DNA from: Pantoea sp. | Lineage (GTDB): Bacteria > Pseudomonadota > Gammaproteobacteria > Enterobacterales > Enterobacteriaceae | Assembly (NCBI RefSeq): GCF_039594315.1 | Contig: NZ_JBCNNP010000018.1 | Coordinates: 8,389 to 72,388 of the forward strand | Direction of reading: 5' to 3' | DNA: 64,000 bases | Part shown: one piece after another, positions 50,419 to 61,518 of the stretch | Numbering within the stretch: position 1 is the first letter of the stretch | How the letters are laid out: every line of letters begins with the position of its first letter | The notes under the pieces: generated by a model | Told to the model about the DNA's origin: nothing | The model's input: the letters and a program-made list of their open reading frames with translations, nothing else | Database searches by the model: none | Position numbers and translations under genes: made by a program

Positions 50419-50742
50419 TTATACCGGGGTGTTCATTATTTCTTGATAAGCACTGATCATTTTATTACGCGCTTGCATGCCGAAACTGAATGAAATAGAG
50501 GATTTCTGCATCGCGAGCATCACATCATTCAAGCCAATATCGCTGCTGCCAGACATCCACTGCTGCGTCATGTTTTTAGCATCAAGCTGAGTTTTATTTA
50601 TTTCGCTGATGCTGTTAAATAACGCATCGGAGAACGAGGGTGCATTTTCCTGTGCACCAGATTTGATGCGATGCTGCCCAGAGACTTGCTGTGCCTGGGT
50701 TTGGATCTGATCGAGTACGCCGCGCATTAATGTAGCTGACAT
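50419..50742 (-). CDS. fliE: Flagellar hook-basal body complex protein FliE
   Basis: 107-aa ORF with C-terminus ..ARNKMISAYQEIMNTPV, typical of FliE. Divergent from fliF. Confidence 0.9.
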   Translation of the reverse strand: MSATLMRGVLDQIQTQAQQVSGQHRIKSGAQENAPSFSDALFNSISEINKTQLDAKNMTQQWMSGSSDIGLNDVMLAMQKSSISFSFGMQARNKMISAYQEIMNTPV

Positions 50743-51007
50743 TATTCATTTCCTGGATTATCAAAGAAAAATGCGCAATTGGATTGCACATCTTTTAAAC
50801 GCCGACAGCTTAACATGCGGGTAAATAAGCGAGAAAATCCGATAAGCGAACAGAAGTTCGGGCTTATTTATGGTTAAAAATTGTCGCATTCAGCAGATAA
50901 TGGCCGCCTGAAAATTCCACTTGAATTTGCTTCGTAGATATCAGTTAGCGCAATTGCGTTGGCTGACGCGCATTATCGGTGCGTGTTATTTCTTACAGGA
51001 TAACGGC

Positions 51008-52693
51008 ATGAGTGCCACATTAAATGGTCTAAATAACAATCCGACAGAGCGAATTAAATCCGCGATGTCATCACTTCGTTCGAGTCCAAAGATAATATTG
51101 GCATTCGTCGCTGCTGCGGCATTGTCGGTGATTATCGCACTGATGTTCTGGGCTAAAGAGCCGGGCTATCGCGTGCTGTTCAGCAACATCAGCGATGAAG
51201 ATGGTGGGGCGATTGTGGCGCAGCTGACGCAGCTGAATGTGCCGTATCGCATCGAAACGCCTGGCGGCATCATTATGGTGCCAGAAGCGCAGGTACATGA
51301 AGCAAGGATGAAGCTGGCGCAACAGGGTTTGCCGAAAGGTGGATCGGTGGGCTTTGAACTGCTGGACAAGGAAAAGTTTGGTATCAGCCAGTTCAGCGAG
51401 CAGATCAATTACCAGCGTGCGCTGGAAGGTGAGCTGTCACGTACCATCGAAAATCTGGGACCGATCCAGACTGCTCGCGTGCATTTAGCGGTGCCTAAAC
51501 CGTCGATGTTTGTACGCGATCAGAAGCAGCCAACCGCTTCGGTGACGGTGAACCTGATTCAGGGACGCACGCTGGATGAAGGCCAGGTGGTGGCGATCAC
51601 CCATCTGATTTCCAGCGCGGTGACCGGCTTATCTGCTGAGAATGTCACCATTGTCGATCAACGCGGTAACTTGCTGACGCAAGGCGGCGCGCGTGGCCTG
51701 CAAACCTCACAGCTCAAGTACACCAATGAGATTGAAAGCGACTATCAGCAGCGCATTCAGCGCATTTTGGCGCCGTTGGTCGGTGACAACAATGTACGTG
51801 CTCAGGTGACAGCGCAAGTCGATTTCACTCAGCAAGAGCAGACACAAGAGCAGTACCAGCCGAATTCCGACCCACAAAAAATGGCGATTCGTAGCCGTCA
51901 GGCCAGCTCAGCGGAGCAAGGCAATTCACGTGGTGCCAGTGGCGTACCGGGCGCGTTGACCAACCAGCCACCAACGCCAGCTACGGCGCCGATCACCCAG
52001 CCACTGCAAAAGCCAGGTGAGGCCAATGCCAAAACCAGCGGCACTGGCAGCACGGCGACGCGAGACAGCGGGCAACCGTTCAACAACCGCAGCGATGAAA
52101 CCACCAACTTCGAAGTCGACCGCACGCTGACGCACACCAAATCCAACATGGGACGTATTGAGCGCCTGTCGGTGGCGGTGGTGATTAATCATCTGCCCCA
52201 GGGCGAAGAGGGCACACCTGGCCCGATGAACGACGCCGAGCTGGCGCGCATCAATACCTTAGTGAAAGAAGCGATTGGCTTCAGCGACCGCCGTGGTGAC
52301 AGCGTCAACATCCTCAACTCACCGTTTAACGGTGTGATTGAAGAGCCGCTTCCTCCTTTCTGGGAGCAAGAGAAATTCCATGCGTTGTTGATGTCGATTG
52401 CCCGATATCTGGTGATTGCCATTATCGCCTGGGTGATGTGGCGCAAGCTGGTGCAACCCGCGTGGCAGAAACATATCGAGGCTAATCTGCGCAAGCTGGA
52501 AATGGAAAAAGAAGCGCGAGAGGAAGTGTTGGCAGAGAGAAAACGTGCTGCCGAGAAGAATGCTCTTTCCCGTGCGCAATTGCGTGAGGATAGCGATCTT
52601 AACGCCCTGCAGTTGCGTGAACTCGCTGAGAAGGAACCACGCGTTATTGCCCTGGTAATCCGTCAATGGATGAATAAGGAGCTCAAATCATGA
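51008..52693 (+). CDS. fliF: Flagellar MS-ring protein FliF
   Basis: From the ATG at 51008 ([12 protein letters not shown]..). Contains [29 protein letters not shown], a Pro/Gln-rich central region and a C-terminal TM segment. Confidence 0.95.
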   Translation: MSATLNGLNNNPTERIKSAMSSLRSSPKIILAFVAAAALSVIIALMFWAKEPGYRVLFSNISDEDGGAIVAQLTQLNVPYRIETPGGIIMVPEAQVHEARMKLAQQGLPKGGSVGFELLDKEKFGISQFSEQINYQRALEGELSRTIENLGPIQTARVHLAVPKPSMFVRDQKQPTASVTVNLIQGRTLDEGQVVAITHLISSAVTGLSAENVTIVDQRGNLLTQGGARGLQTSQLKYTNEIESDYQQRIQRILAPLVGDNNVRAQVTAQVDFTQQEQTQEQYQPNSDPQKMAIRSRQASSAEQGNSRGASGVPGALTNQPPTPATAPITQPLQKPGEANAKTSGTGSTATRDSGQPFNNRSDETTNFEVDRTLTHTKSNMGRIERLSVAVVINHLPQGEEGTPGPMNDAELARINTLVKEAIGFSDRRGDSVNILNSPFNGVIEEPLPPFWEQEKFHALLMSIARYLVIAIIAWVMWRKLVQPAWQKHIEANLRKLEMEKEAREEVLAERKRAAEKNALSRAQLREDSDLNALQLRELAEKEPRVIALVIRQWMNKELKS

Positions 52694-53676
52694 ATGCCTC
52701 TGAAAAAAGCGCCATCGTCATGTTGACGTTGGGCGATGAATTGGCCGCTGAAGTGTATAAGCATTTGAATGCCCATGAGGTGAAGCAGATCAGTAGCTCC
52801 ATGGTCAACATGGCAGGCTTTACCCATGAACAAATGGCCAATGTTTTACAGGAGTTTAGAACCGACTCCACTGAATACGCGGCGCTGAGCCTGAATACCA
52901 ATGAGTATCTGCGTAGCGTGCTGGTCAAAGCGTTGGGCGAAGAACGCGCCTCGTCGTTGCTGGAGGACTTGCTGGATAGTCATCAAGGTAACAACGGGAT
53001 TGAGACGCTCAACTTTATGGATCCACAGGCGGTATTTGATCTGATCCGTGAAGAGCATCCGCAGATCATCGCCACCATTCTGGTGCACCTGAAACGTAAC
53101 CAGGCGGCCGATGTACTGGGCAGATTTGAAGATCGTGAGCGTAACGACATCATGCTGCGTATCGCCACCTTTGGCGGTGTCCAGCCAGCCGCATTGCAAG
53201 AGTTGACCGAAGTGCTGAATAACTTGCTGCACGGTCAGAATCTCAAGCGCAGCAAAATGGGCGGTGTGCGTCCGGCGGCAGAGATTCTTAACCTGATGAA
53301 ATCGCAGCAGGAAGAATCAGCAATTGATGCAGTTCGTGAGTTCGACGGCGAACTGGCACAGAAAATCATTGATGAGATGTTCCTGTTCGAGAACCTGATC
53401 GAAGTCGAGGATCGCAGTATCCAGCGTCTGTTGCAGGAAGTGGAAACCGAGACGCTGATCGTGGCACTGAAAGGCGCCAACGAAGAGTTGCGTCAGAAGT
53501 TCTTCTTCAATATGTCTCGTCGTCAGGCGGATCTGATGGCCGAAGATTTGGCATCGCGTGGTCCGGTACGCTTGTCACAAGTGGAAGCCGAGCAGAAAAC
53601 TATCCTCAACATCGTGCGTCGTTTAGCGGAAGCAGGCGAGATGATCATCGGAGGCAGCGACGATGCCTACGTCTGA
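52690..53676 (+). CDS. fliG: Flagellar motor switch protein FliG
   Basis: 328-aa ORF with [10 protein letters not shown] and MFLFENL motifs. It overlaps fliF by 4 nt. Confidence 0.96.
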   Translation: MNASEKSAIVMLTLGDELAAEVYKHLNAHEVKQISSSMVNMAGFTHEQMANVLQEFRTDSTEYAALSLNTNEYLRSVLVKALGEERASSLLEDLLDSHQGNNGIETLNFMDPQAVFDLIREEHPQIIATILVHLKRNQAADVLGRFEDRERNDIMLRIATFGGVQPAALQELTEVLNNLLHGQNLKRSKMGGVRPAAEILNLMKSQQEESAIDAVREFDGELAQKIIDEMFLFENLIEVEDRSIQRLLQEVETETLIVALKGANEELRQKFFFNMSRRQADLMAEDLASRGPVRLSQVEAEQKTILNIVRRLAEAGEMIIGGSDDAYV

Positions 53677-54370
53677 TAAATCCAGCGCACCACAATGGCA
53701 GAGCTGGCAGCCGGATAACTTGCTGCTCAGTGAAGCGGTGGAAGCGCCGCTACCCAGTCTCGACAGCGCGCAATCTGATGAACAGCTAAAAGCTGAACTG
53801 GCACGTTTGCGTAAGCAGGCAGAGCAGCAAGGTTTCAATCAAGGACTGACGCGCGGTGAAGAAGAAGGCCGCAAACAGGGTTTTGAGGCGGGCGTGCGTG
53901 AAGGACGCGAAGCCGGCTTAGCCAAAGGCATGCAGGATGCGCAGGCGCAGCAACAAGCACTGTTACGCCAGGCCGAGCAGTGGATCAGCAACTTTAAACT
54001 GGCGGTGGAAAATCTCGACAGTCTGATTCCAGGCCGTTTGGTGCAACTGTCGCTGACTGCCGTCCAGCAGCTGTACGGCAACATCAGCATGGCTGACAAC
54101 AGCGTGCTGGTGAAACAGATTCGCAGCCTGATGAAACAGGATGCGCTGCTGCACGGCACCATTCAGCTTTATGTTCATCCTGACGACCGTGCACAACTGG
54201 CGCAGGCGTTAGGTGACACCCTGGCGCAGGTCGGTTGGGCGTTGCACAGTGATGCGCAACTGGCGCCGGGCGGCTGTCGCGTGGTGTCGCCGGATGTCGA
54301 GTTTGATGCCAGCATGGAAACCCGCTGGCAGGCGCTGTGTCAGCTAGCACGCGAGGAGCTGTCGCAATGA
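53663..54370 (+). CDS. fliH: Flagellar assembly protein FliH
   Basis: 235-aa ORF with a QGF.QG..EG repeat-rich helical N-terminus. Lies between fliG and fliI. Confidence 0.88.
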   Translation: MPTSDKSSAPQWQSWQPDNLLLSEAVEAPLPSLDSAQSDEQLKAELARLRKQAEQQGFNQGLTRGEEEGRKQGFEAGVREGREAGLAKGMQDAQAQQQALLRQAEQWISNFKLAVENLDSLIPGRLVQLSLTAVQQLYGNISMADNSVLVKQIRSLMKQDALLHGTIQLYVHPDDRAQLAQALGDTLAQVGWALHSDAQLAPGGCRVVSPDVEFDASMETRWQALCQLAREELSQ

Positions 54371-55731
54371 GCCAGCAGTTAAAGAGCTGGTTGCAGGCGC
54401 TGGATCGGGTCGAGGAGAAACTCAGCGAAATGCCGGCGTTTCGCCAGTACGGCAAATTAACGCGCGCCACCGGCTTGGTAATGGAAGCGGTGGGCTTGAA
54501 GTTGCCGATTGGCTCGTTATGTATCGTGGAACGTCAAACAGGCAAAGGCATCGCGCAAGTCGAGAGCGAAGTGGTGGGATTCAACGGCCATACGCTGTAT
54601 CTGATGCCGTTGGAAAATGTCGATGGCATTCTGCCTGGCGCGCGTGTTTACGCGCCAGATGGCGATTGCGCCGAGGGCAAGCAGTTGCCGGTTGGGCCAC
54701 ATTTGCTGGGGCGCGTACTGGATGCACAGGGCCGTCCGCTGGATGGCCGCGCACCGCCGGGCAAACCGGCGGCTGGCCTGTTTACCCCGACCTTAAATCC
54801 GCTACATCGCGATCCGATTAAAAACGTGCTGGATGTCGGTGTGCGCGCCATCAACGGCTTGTTGACCGTTGGACGTGGGCAACGTATGGGCCTGTTTGCC
54901 GGTTCCGGCGTTGGCAAAAGTGTGCTGCTCGGCATGATGGCGCGCTTCACCACTGCGGATGTGATTGTGGTGGGTTTGATTGGTGAGCGTGGCCGTGAAG
55001 TTAAAGACTTCATCGAAAACATTCTGGGCGAAGCCGGCCGCGAACGTGCGGTGGTGATTGCCGCACCCGCTGATGTTTCACCGATTCTGCGCATGCAGGG
55101 CGCGGTGTACGCCACGCGCATTGCCGAAGACTTCCGCGATCGTGGTCTCAACGTCTTACTGATCATGGATTCACTGACGCGTTATGCGATGGCGCAACGT
55201 GAAGTGGCGCTGGCGATTGGCGAACCACCGGCCACCAAAGGCTATCCACCTTCCGTATTTGCCCGCTTACCTGCGCTGGTGGAGCGCACCGGTAACGGCA
55301 TGCCCGGCGGCGGATCGATTACCGCATTTTACACCGTGCTGACCGAAGGCGACGATCAACAAGATCCCATCGCGGATTCCGCCCGTGCGATCCTTGATGG
55401 TCACATCGTTTTATCACGCCGTTTGGCCGAATCTGGCCACTATCCGGCGATTGATATCGAAGCCTCGATCAGCCGCGCGATGACCGAACTGATCCCGCAT
55501 GCCCAGTACCGCAAGGTGCAACGCTTCAAGCAGATGCTGTCAGCTTATCAGCGTAACCGCGATTTGATTAGCGTGGGTGCCTACGTGAAAGGCAGCGATC
55601 CGTTACTCGATCAGGCGATTAATCACTTTCCGGCGCTGGAAGCGTTTCTGCATCAGGCGATCCATGAATCAGCGCCGTACGACGCTGCAATTGCCGGATT
55701 ATCTCAGCTGTTCCCGGACATAACGGAATAA
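54367..55731 (+). CDS. fliI: Flagellum-specific ATPase FliI
   Basis: The ATG at 54367 overlaps the fliH TGA. Walker A is GSGVGKS and Walker B is LLIMDSLTR. Confidence 0.96.
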   Translation: MSQQLKSWLQALDRVEEKLSEMPAFRQYGKLTRATGLVMEAVGLKLPIGSLCIVERQTGKGIAQVESEVVGFNGHTLYLMPLENVDGILPGARVYAPDGDCAEGKQLPVGPHLLGRVLDAQGRPLDGRAPPGKPAAGLFTPTLNPLHRDPIKNVLDVGVRAINGLLTVGRGQRMGLFAGSGVGKSVLLGMMARFTTADVIVVGLIGERGREVKDFIENILGEAGRERAVVIAAPADVSPILRMQGAVYATRIAEDFRDRGLNVLLIMDSLTRYAMAQREVALAIGEPPATKGYPPSVFARLPALVERTGNGMPGGGSITAFYTVLTEGDDQQDPIADSARAILDGHIVLSRRLAESGHYPAIDIEASISRAMTELIPHAQYRKVQRFKQMLSAYQRNRDLISVGAYVKGSDPLLDQAINHFPALEAFLHQAIHESAPYDAAIAGLSQLFPDITE

Positions 55732-55735
55732 GGCG

Positions 55736-56185
55736 ATGAAAGTAAAAAATCCCATGACCATGCTGCGCGACATGGCAGAAGAGAAACTGACCGCAACCAC
55801 ACGCACGCTTGGCAGTGTGCAGCAAACACTGCAACAAGCGGTGACGCAGCATGAACAGTTGCAGGGCTACGAGCAGGAATACCAACGATCCTTGCGACAA
55901 GGAATGATGGGGCACGGTATGTCGGTGGCGGATTTAGTTAACCATCAAGCCTTTATCGTGTCGTTGAATCAGGTAGTGAAGCAACACGAAAAGCACGTTA
56001 ATAGCTGCGAGCGTGTGGTGGATAAGACCAAAGCGAACTGGATGCAGGAGAAGCGCAAGCTTAACGCGTTTGAGACGCTCATTGTTCGTCGCGAGACGGC
56101 GCAAGCCTTGGTGGAAAGCCGTCAGGAGCAAAAGCTGATGGATGAGTTTGCCCAACGAGCCGGACAGAAAAGAGAGAGATTATGA
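55736..56185 (+). CDS. fliJ: Flagellar export chaperone/stalk protein FliJ
   Basis: 149-aa coiled-coil ORF in the conserved position after fliI. Confidence 0.85.
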   Translation: MKVKNPMTMLRDMAEEKLTATTRTLGSVQQTLQQAVTQHEQLQGYEQEYQRSLRQGMMGHGMSVADLVNHQAFIVSLNQVVKQHEKHVNSCERVVDKTKANWMQEKRKLNAFETLIVRRETAQALVESRQEQKLMDEFAQRAGQKRERL

Positions 56186-57267
56186 ATATCGATATCGCCA
56201 CGTTACTGGCGGGTAGCGCGGAGTCGTTGCCTAAACTGGGTAAGCTCAGCGACAAAAATTTTGGTTTAACGCTGGATGAGAAACTCGGCGATTTAGAGCA
56301 ACTGCTGCTGGTGCTGCACAGTGAAGTATTGCCTGCGATCGCGGAGGGTACGCCTGAAGCCGCGCCTTTAGTTCTGACTCCCTCAGCGAGCGAGCTACCG
56401 GTTGAACTGGAATTAGCAGGCGAAGTGGCACTGAGCGACGATAGCGAAATGGACGAGAAGGATTTGCCCTCAGTGTTGTTGGAGGTTTTGGCTGATGATA
56501 ATCCACAATGGCAGTTGCAACAGTGGGTAACGCAACTGTCCTCCAACGCCGACATTGCCCCGGTGATAACCGAAGCCAAAGGGCCCATGATCAATCCGCT
56601 GTTGGCATCCGTTAACCTGAAACCCACAGCGCCAGTTATTGCAGAGGCGCCATTGGTGTTAAGTCGAGGCACGGAAAAAACCAGCAGTGCGCCAGCGGCA
56701 GTGTTTACCCCAGCGATGGCGATGGAACCCGTTATGGCGGTTGAAACCCCTTCAGCCCAGCCGGTAGCGGCACCAATGCCTATCACCCTGCGGCCGGTGG
56801 CGAATACGCAGGCGATGTCCGTCGCTACGGTGACTTATCCGCCGGAAACGCCGCAGTGGAAGCAATCCGTTAGCCAGCATATTGCGGTATTTAGCCGCAA
56901 TGGCATGCACAATGCAGAAATTCGTCTGCACCCGGAAGAGTTAGGATCGCTGCATATCACGCTGCGTGTGCACCAGGATCAGGCTCAAGTGCATATTGTC
57001 AGTGAACATGCGCTGGTGCGTCAGGCGATGGAGCATGCCATGCCGCAATTGCGCACCGCGATGGCAGAAGCCGGTTTACAACTGGGGCAGGCCAGCGTAG
57101 GCGCAGATAATAATCCGTACGCGGATGCTAACGCGCAGGGTGAACAGGATGCGGATGGACAACAAGAAGCCAGCCAACCGGAAGAATTAGGGCCAGAAGA
57201 TGACATTGTTCCTACATTATTAACAACTACACCTGGAAATATTTACGGAATTAACACTTTCGCCTGA
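56182..57267 (+). CDS. fliK: Flagellar hook-length control protein FliK
   Basis: 361-aa ORF, Pro/Ala/Leu-rich, with the conserved C-terminal domain (EIRLHPEELGSLHITLRVHQDQAQVHIVSEH). Confidence 0.88.
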   Translation: MNIDIATLLAGSAESLPKLGKLSDKNFGLTLDEKLGDLEQLLLVLHSEVLPAIAEGTPEAAPLVLTPSASELPVELELAGEVALSDDSEMDEKDLPSVLLEVLADDNPQWQLQQWVTQLSSNADIAPVITEAKGPMINPLLASVNLKPTAPVIAEAPLVLSRGTEKTSSAPAAVFTPAMAMEPVMAVETPSAQPVAAPMPITLRPVANTQAMSVATVTYPPETPQWKQSVSQHIAVFSRNGMHNAEIRLHPEELGSLHITLRVHQDQAQVHIVSEHALVRQAMEHAMPQLRTAMAEAGLQLGQASVGADNNPYADANAQGEQDADGQQEASQPEELGPEDDIVPTLLTTTPGNIYGINTFA

Positions 57268-57397
57268 AGTGCTGAATAAGCAACAGGAATGAAATTTTAT
57301 CGCCTAATTATTCAGCACCCCACATGGACTACAATACTCGCCATATTATGTTCGGCTGGACAATAAGACGTCCCCTTTATTGCAGAGTTTATGAATC

Positions 57398-57907
57398 ATG
57401 GATAACGAAAAAAAGAAGGCCAAGAAAAGTGGAGGGAAACGCTCGCTCCTCACTCTTTTGCTAATGATATTTGCTATCGCTGCTTGTGCTATCAGTGGTT
57501 ATTTGCTCTGGGAGCTAAAGTTCGCTCCCGCGCGCACAGATGCCGTTGCCGCAACTGGAGAAACTGCACCTGAACCAGTAAAACCGGTTGATCCGCTGTA
57601 TGTGTCGATGAATACCTTTACCGTGAGTTTAAAACCCACGGCAAATGAGTCTGATCGCGTGCTTTTTTTGGGTTTATCAATACGACTTGCTGATAAGTCA
57701 TCGGTATCAATTCTGGAGAAATATTTACCAGAATATCGCAGCCGCCTTTTTATGTTGCTCACACAGCAAACCTATGAATCATTATCTACCGATGCCGGGA
57801 AAACTCAGCTGATTGAAAGTATCAAAAACGAACTTAGCAAACCTCTAGAGGCTAATCTGGCGATTGTTCCCTCCGATGTTCTTATTAATGAATTTATTCT
57901 GCGGTAA
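57398..57907 (+). CDS. fliL: Flagellar basal body-associated protein FliL
   Basis: 169-aa ORF with a basic N-terminus, a single TM segment and a periplasmic FliL domain. Confidence 0.88.
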   Translation: MDNEKKKAKKSGGKRSLLTLLLMIFAIAACAISGYLLWELKFAPARTDAVAATGETAPEPVKPVDPLYVSMNTFTVSLKPTANESDRVLFLGLSIRLADKSSVSILEKYLPEYRSRLFMLLTQQTYESLSTDAGKTQLIESIKNELSKPLEANLAIVPSDVLINEFILR

Positions 57908-57912
57908 ATATT

Positions 57913-58905
57913 ATGGCTGATAGCTTTTTGTCTCAGGATGAAATCGATCGTTTGCTCAATGCCGATAATGAGAGCAGCGAAGATCCGCATGGTGTCGGAA
58001 CGGACGAAGGGATTAAACCTTATGATCCGCATACCCAACGTCGGGTGATTCGCGAGCGACTTCATTCGCTGGAAATCATCAATGAACGTTTCGCACGTCA
58101 GTTTCGTATGGGGCTGTTTAACCTGTTGCGTCGTAGTCCAGATATTACCGCGGGCAACATCAACATTCAGCCATACCATGAGTTCGCGCGTAACTTACCG
58201 GTGCCGACCAACTTAAATTTAGTACATCTCAATCCGCTACGTGGCACTTCGTTGATGTCATTCTCGCCGGGTTTAGTGTTTATGGCGGTCGATAACCTGT
58301 TTGGCGGCGATGGACGTTTCCCCACTAAAGCCGACGGACGCGAATTCACGCCCACCGAACAGCGCGTGATTCATCGCATGCTGAGCATGGCGCGTGAAGC
58401 CTACGAATTTGCGTGGAGCACTATTTATAAAATCAAAACGGAATATATCCGTTCTGAAATGCAGGTGAAGTTCACCAATATTACTTCCTCGCCCAATGAT
58501 GTGGTGGTCACGACCCCCTTCTCGGTGGAGATTGGTTCACATCGTGGTGAATTTAATATTTGTATTCCATTTAGCACCATTGAGCCGCTGCGTGAACTGC
58601 TAAGCAATCCGCCGATGGATAATTCACGCTATGAGGATTCAAACTGGCGCGGTTTATTAGCCAGTCAAATGCGTGAAACACAGCTGGAAGTGGTTGCACA
58701 ATTCTCAGAATTGGATACACGACTTTCCAATGTGATGCAGATGAAAAAGGGCGATGTGCTGTCGCTGGATAAACAAGAATTTATTGAAGCCTGTGTCGGC
58801 GGTGTGCCGGTCTTTACCGCGAAATATGGCTCCGTCAACAACCAATATGCACTCAAGGTCGAACAGATGGTTCAGCCGGCATTGTCATCATTAACTAAGG
58901 AGTAA
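57913..58905 (+). CDS. fliM: Flagellar motor switch protein FliM
   Basis: 330-aa ORF with the N-terminal CheY-P binding motif LSQDEIDRLL. Confidence 0.95.
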   Translation: MADSFLSQDEIDRLLNADNESSEDPHGVGTDEGIKPYDPHTQRRVIRERLHSLEIINERFARQFRMGLFNLLRRSPDITAGNINIQPYHEFARNLPVPTNLNLVHLNPLRGTSLMSFSPGLVFMAVDNLFGGDGRFPTKADGREFTPTEQRVIHRMLSMAREAYEFAWSTIYKIKTEYIRSEMQVKFTNITSSPNDVVVTTPFSVEIGSHRGEFNICIPFSTIEPLRELLSNPPMDNSRYEDSNWRGLLASQMRETQLEVVAQFSELDTRLSNVMQMKKGDVLSLDKQEFIEACVGGVPVFTAKYGSVNNQYALKVEQMVQPALSSLTKE

Positions 58906-58912
58906 TTTCCCC

Positions 58913-59296
58913 ATGAGCGATATGAATAACTCGTCGGGTTCAGACGATCAGTCCATCGATAATCTTTGGGGTGATGCGATGAGCGAGCAACACGCTGCGG
59001 GAAATACAGATCAAATGGCTGTTCCACAATTTTCTGAAGAGATGAATCTGATCCTCGATATTCCGGTAAAAATGACCGTGGAATTGGGGCGTACCAAGAT
59101 GACCATCAAAGAGTTACTGCGTTTAAGCCAGGGTTCAGTGGTCTCGCTGGATGGATTAGCCGGTGAACCGCTGGATATTTTAATCAACGGCTACTTGATT
59201 GCGCAGGGTGAAGTGGTGGTGGTCTCCGACAAATTTGGTATCCGCATCACCGATATCATTACGCCATCTGAGCGTATGCATCGTCTGAGTCGCTAA
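58913..59296 (+). CDS. fliN: Flagellar motor switch protein FliN
   Basis: 127-aa ORF with the SpoA domain LGRTKMTIKELLRLSQGSVVSLDGLAGEPLDILINGYLIAQGEVVVV. Confidence 0.95.
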   Translation: MSDMNNSSGSDDQSIDNLWGDAMSEQHAAGNTDQMAVPQFSEEMNLILDIPVKMTVELGRTKMTIKELLRLSQGSVVSLDGLAGEPLDILINGYLIAQGEVVVVSDKFGIRITDIITPSERMHRLSR

Positions 59297-59694
59297 TGAA
59301 CAGTTCTGCTCCCCTAATGTCTGCCCGCCAGGCTGGCGAAGCGCTGCCTTCTGATTCGCTATTGATGACGGTAACCGGTGCGTTGGTACTGGTGGTGTTG
59401 TTGATGGTGACGCTGGCATGGCTGTTTCGCCGTAGCGGCCTGACACGTCGCCTCGCCGATAGCCACGGAGCCATTCATCTGGTTGCCAGCAAATCGTTAG
59501 GTGCACGCGAGCGCGTGGTGTTGGTGGATGTGGGGGAGCAACGCTTAGTGCTGGGTGTCACCGCCACGCAAATCAGTTGTTTGGCGACACTGGTGCGCCC
59601 GGCAGATGCGGTCGTTGCATCGCCGTCAGCTAACGCCAGTTTCCCGGCTGTGCTGGAAACGCTGCGGCAGAAATACCGTAAGGATGGCAAGTGA
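59296..59694 (+). CDS. fliO: Flagellar biosynthesis protein FliO
   Basis: 132-aa single-TM ORF between fliN and fliP. Its start overlaps the fliN stop (TAATG). Confidence 0.85.
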   Translation: MNSSAPLMSARQAGEALPSDSLLMTVTGALVLVVLLMVTLAWLFRRSGLTRRLADSHGAIHLVASKSLGARERVVLVDVGEQRLVLGVTATQISCLATLVRPADAVVASPSANASFPAVLETLRQKYRKDGK

Positions 59695-60431
59695 TGAAGA
59701 CACGTCATTTGCTTCTGATGCTGCTGCTGACATTGCTGCCCGCAGCCGGTGCGCTAGCGGCCAACAGCGACATTGTGATTGCCCGTCCGGCGGGTGAAGC
59801 CGGTTGGTCGCTGCCAGTGCAAACGCTGGTGCTGCTGAGTGGCATGACTTTTATTCCCGGCGTATTACTGATGATGACGGGCTTCACCCGCATCGTCATC
59901 GTTTTGGGCTTGCTGCGTAATGCGATGGGTACTCCCACCGCGCCACCCAATCAGGTGCTGGTTGGATTGGCACTGTTTCTCACGTTTTATGTCATGTCGC
60001 CGGTATTCAATCAGATCTACGAAAAAGCCTGGCAACCGCTGCAAAACAACAGCATCACCATGGAAACCGCGCTGGCGGAAGGTATCAAACCGTTACGTGC
60101 GTTCATGCTGGATCAAACGCGTGAAAGCGATCTGGCGATGTTCGCGCGTATCGCCAAGACCGAACCGGTGGAAGGGCCAGAAGCGGTGCCGCTCAGCATC
60201 CTGGTGCCGGCTTTTGTTACCAGCGAGCTGAAAACCGCGTTTCAGATTGGTTTCACCATCTTTATTCCTTTCCTGATTATCGATTTGGTGGTCGCCAGTA
60301 TTTTGATGGCATTGGGGATGATGATGGTGCCGCCCACCACTATCGCGCTGCCGTTCAAACTCATGCTGTTCGTGTTGGTTGATGGCTGGCAACTGCTGAT
60401 GGGCTCGTTGGCCCAAAGCTTCTACAGCTAA
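59691..60431 (+). CDS. fliP: Flagellar export apparatus protein FliP
   Basis: 246-aa ORF with a signal-like N-terminus and the conserved [17 protein letters not shown] motif. Confidence 0.96.
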   Translation: MMKTRHLLLMLLLTLLPAAGALAANSDIVIARPAGEAGWSLPVQTLVLLSGMTFIPGVLLMMTGFTRIVIVLGLLRNAMGTPTAPPNQVLVGLALFLTFYVMSPVFNQIYEKAWQPLQNNSITMETALAEGIKPLRAFMLDQTRESDLAMFARIAKTEPVEGPEAVPLSILVPAFVTSELKTAFQIGFTIFIPFLIIDLVVASILMALGMMMVPPTTIALPFKLMLFVLVDGWQLLMGSLAQSFYS

Positions 60432-60441
60432 GGAGAACGCG

Positions 60442-60711
60442 ATGACACCGGAAAGCGTAATGGTGCTGGGCATGCAGGCGATTAAAGTCGGATTAATGAT
60501 TGCTGGGCCGCTGCTGCTGGTCGCACTGGCGACAGGTCTGATTATCAGCATCTTGCAGGCCGCCACGCAAATCAATGAAATGACCATGACCTTCATCCCG
60601 AAGATCCTAATGATTGTTGGCGTTGGTGTGATTCTTGGGCCGTGGATGTTGAAAATTTTTATTGAATACACTCGTGTACTGTTTGCCAACATTCCCTATG
60701 CGATTGGCTAA
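60442..60711 (+). CDS. fliQ: Flagellar export apparatus protein FliQ
   Basis: 89-aa, two-TM ORF starting MTPESVM.. Confidence 0.95.
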   Translation: MTPESVMVLGMQAIKVGLMIAGPLLLVALATGLIISILQAATQINEMTMTFIPKILMIVGVGVILGPWMLKIFIEYTRVLFANIPYAIG

Positions 60712-61490
60712 TGGCGTTTGGCATCCCTCTTGAGCAGCTCTACGAGCAGATCAGCCACTATTTGCTGATTATGGTGCGGATTGCTGCGCTGTTATATGTC
60801 GCACCGATCTTTGGTGAGAAGGCAGTGAGTAAGCGCTTACGCGCTGCGTTAGCCATGCTGATTGCGCTGCTGGTGGGTGCCAATGTGCCAGATGCACAGA
60901 TTGGTCTCTACTCATGGACCGGCGTATGGGTGATGGCAAAGCAAGTGGTGATTGGTGCGGCGATGGGCTTAACCCTGCAATTGCTGTTCGCCGCTGTACG
61001 TCTGTCTGGCGAGATCATCGGCATGCAAATGGGCCTCTCCTTCGCCACCTTCTTTGATCCAGGCGTAGGTAACAGCCCGGTGATTTCTCGCTTCCTCAAT
61101 CTGCTGGTCACTTTGCTATTCCTGACGCTCAACGGCCACTTATGGACGTTGGCGTTGTTATCGGAAACCTTCTACGCACTGCCGGTGAATGCCGATCCCT
61201 TGCATGCCGGAGGATTCCTCTATTTAGTCAGCAGTGCCGGGCTGATATTCAGCCAGGGCTTGATGCTGGGGCTGCCGATTATAGCTTTGTTGCTGTGTAT
61301 CAACATGACGCTGGCATTGCTGAACCGCTTAACCCCGCAGTTATCGATTTTTGTCGTTGGCTTTCCGCTGACGCTCAGCGTCGGCATGCTGGCGCTGTTC
61401 CTATTGGCGCAGACGTTACCGGTATTTTTCGAACGGTTAATGGCGAGCGGCTTCGATATGATTACTCAACTGATTGCAGCATTGGCGTAG
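60711..61490 (+). CDS. fliR: Flagellar export apparatus protein FliR
   Basis: 259-aa polytopic ORF. Last gene of the fliL-R string. Confidence 0.94.
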   Translation: MAFGIPLEQLYEQISHYLLIMVRIAALLYVAPIFGEKAVSKRLRAALAMLIALLVGANVPDAQIGLYSWTGVWVMAKQVVIGAAMGLTLQLLFAAVRLSGEIIGMQMGLSFATFFDPGVGNSPVISRFLNLLVTLLFLTLNGHLWTLALLSETFYALPVNADPLHAGGFLYLVSSAGLIFSQGLMLGLPIIALLLCINMTLALLNRLTPQLSIFVVGFPLTLSVGMLALFLLAQTLPVFFERLMASGFDMITQLIAALA

Positions 61491-61518
61491 ACCCCATGGC
61501 AGGCACAGGGTCTGATGA

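Noticed and set aside
50820-50860. Sigma28-like promoter (TAAATAAG ... TCCGATAA) in the fliE/fliF divergent spacer
   Set aside because: The spacer between the -35-like and -10-like elements is about 8 nt, whereas the consensus TAAAGTTT-N11-GCCGATAA requires 11 nt. It is therefore probably fortuitous.
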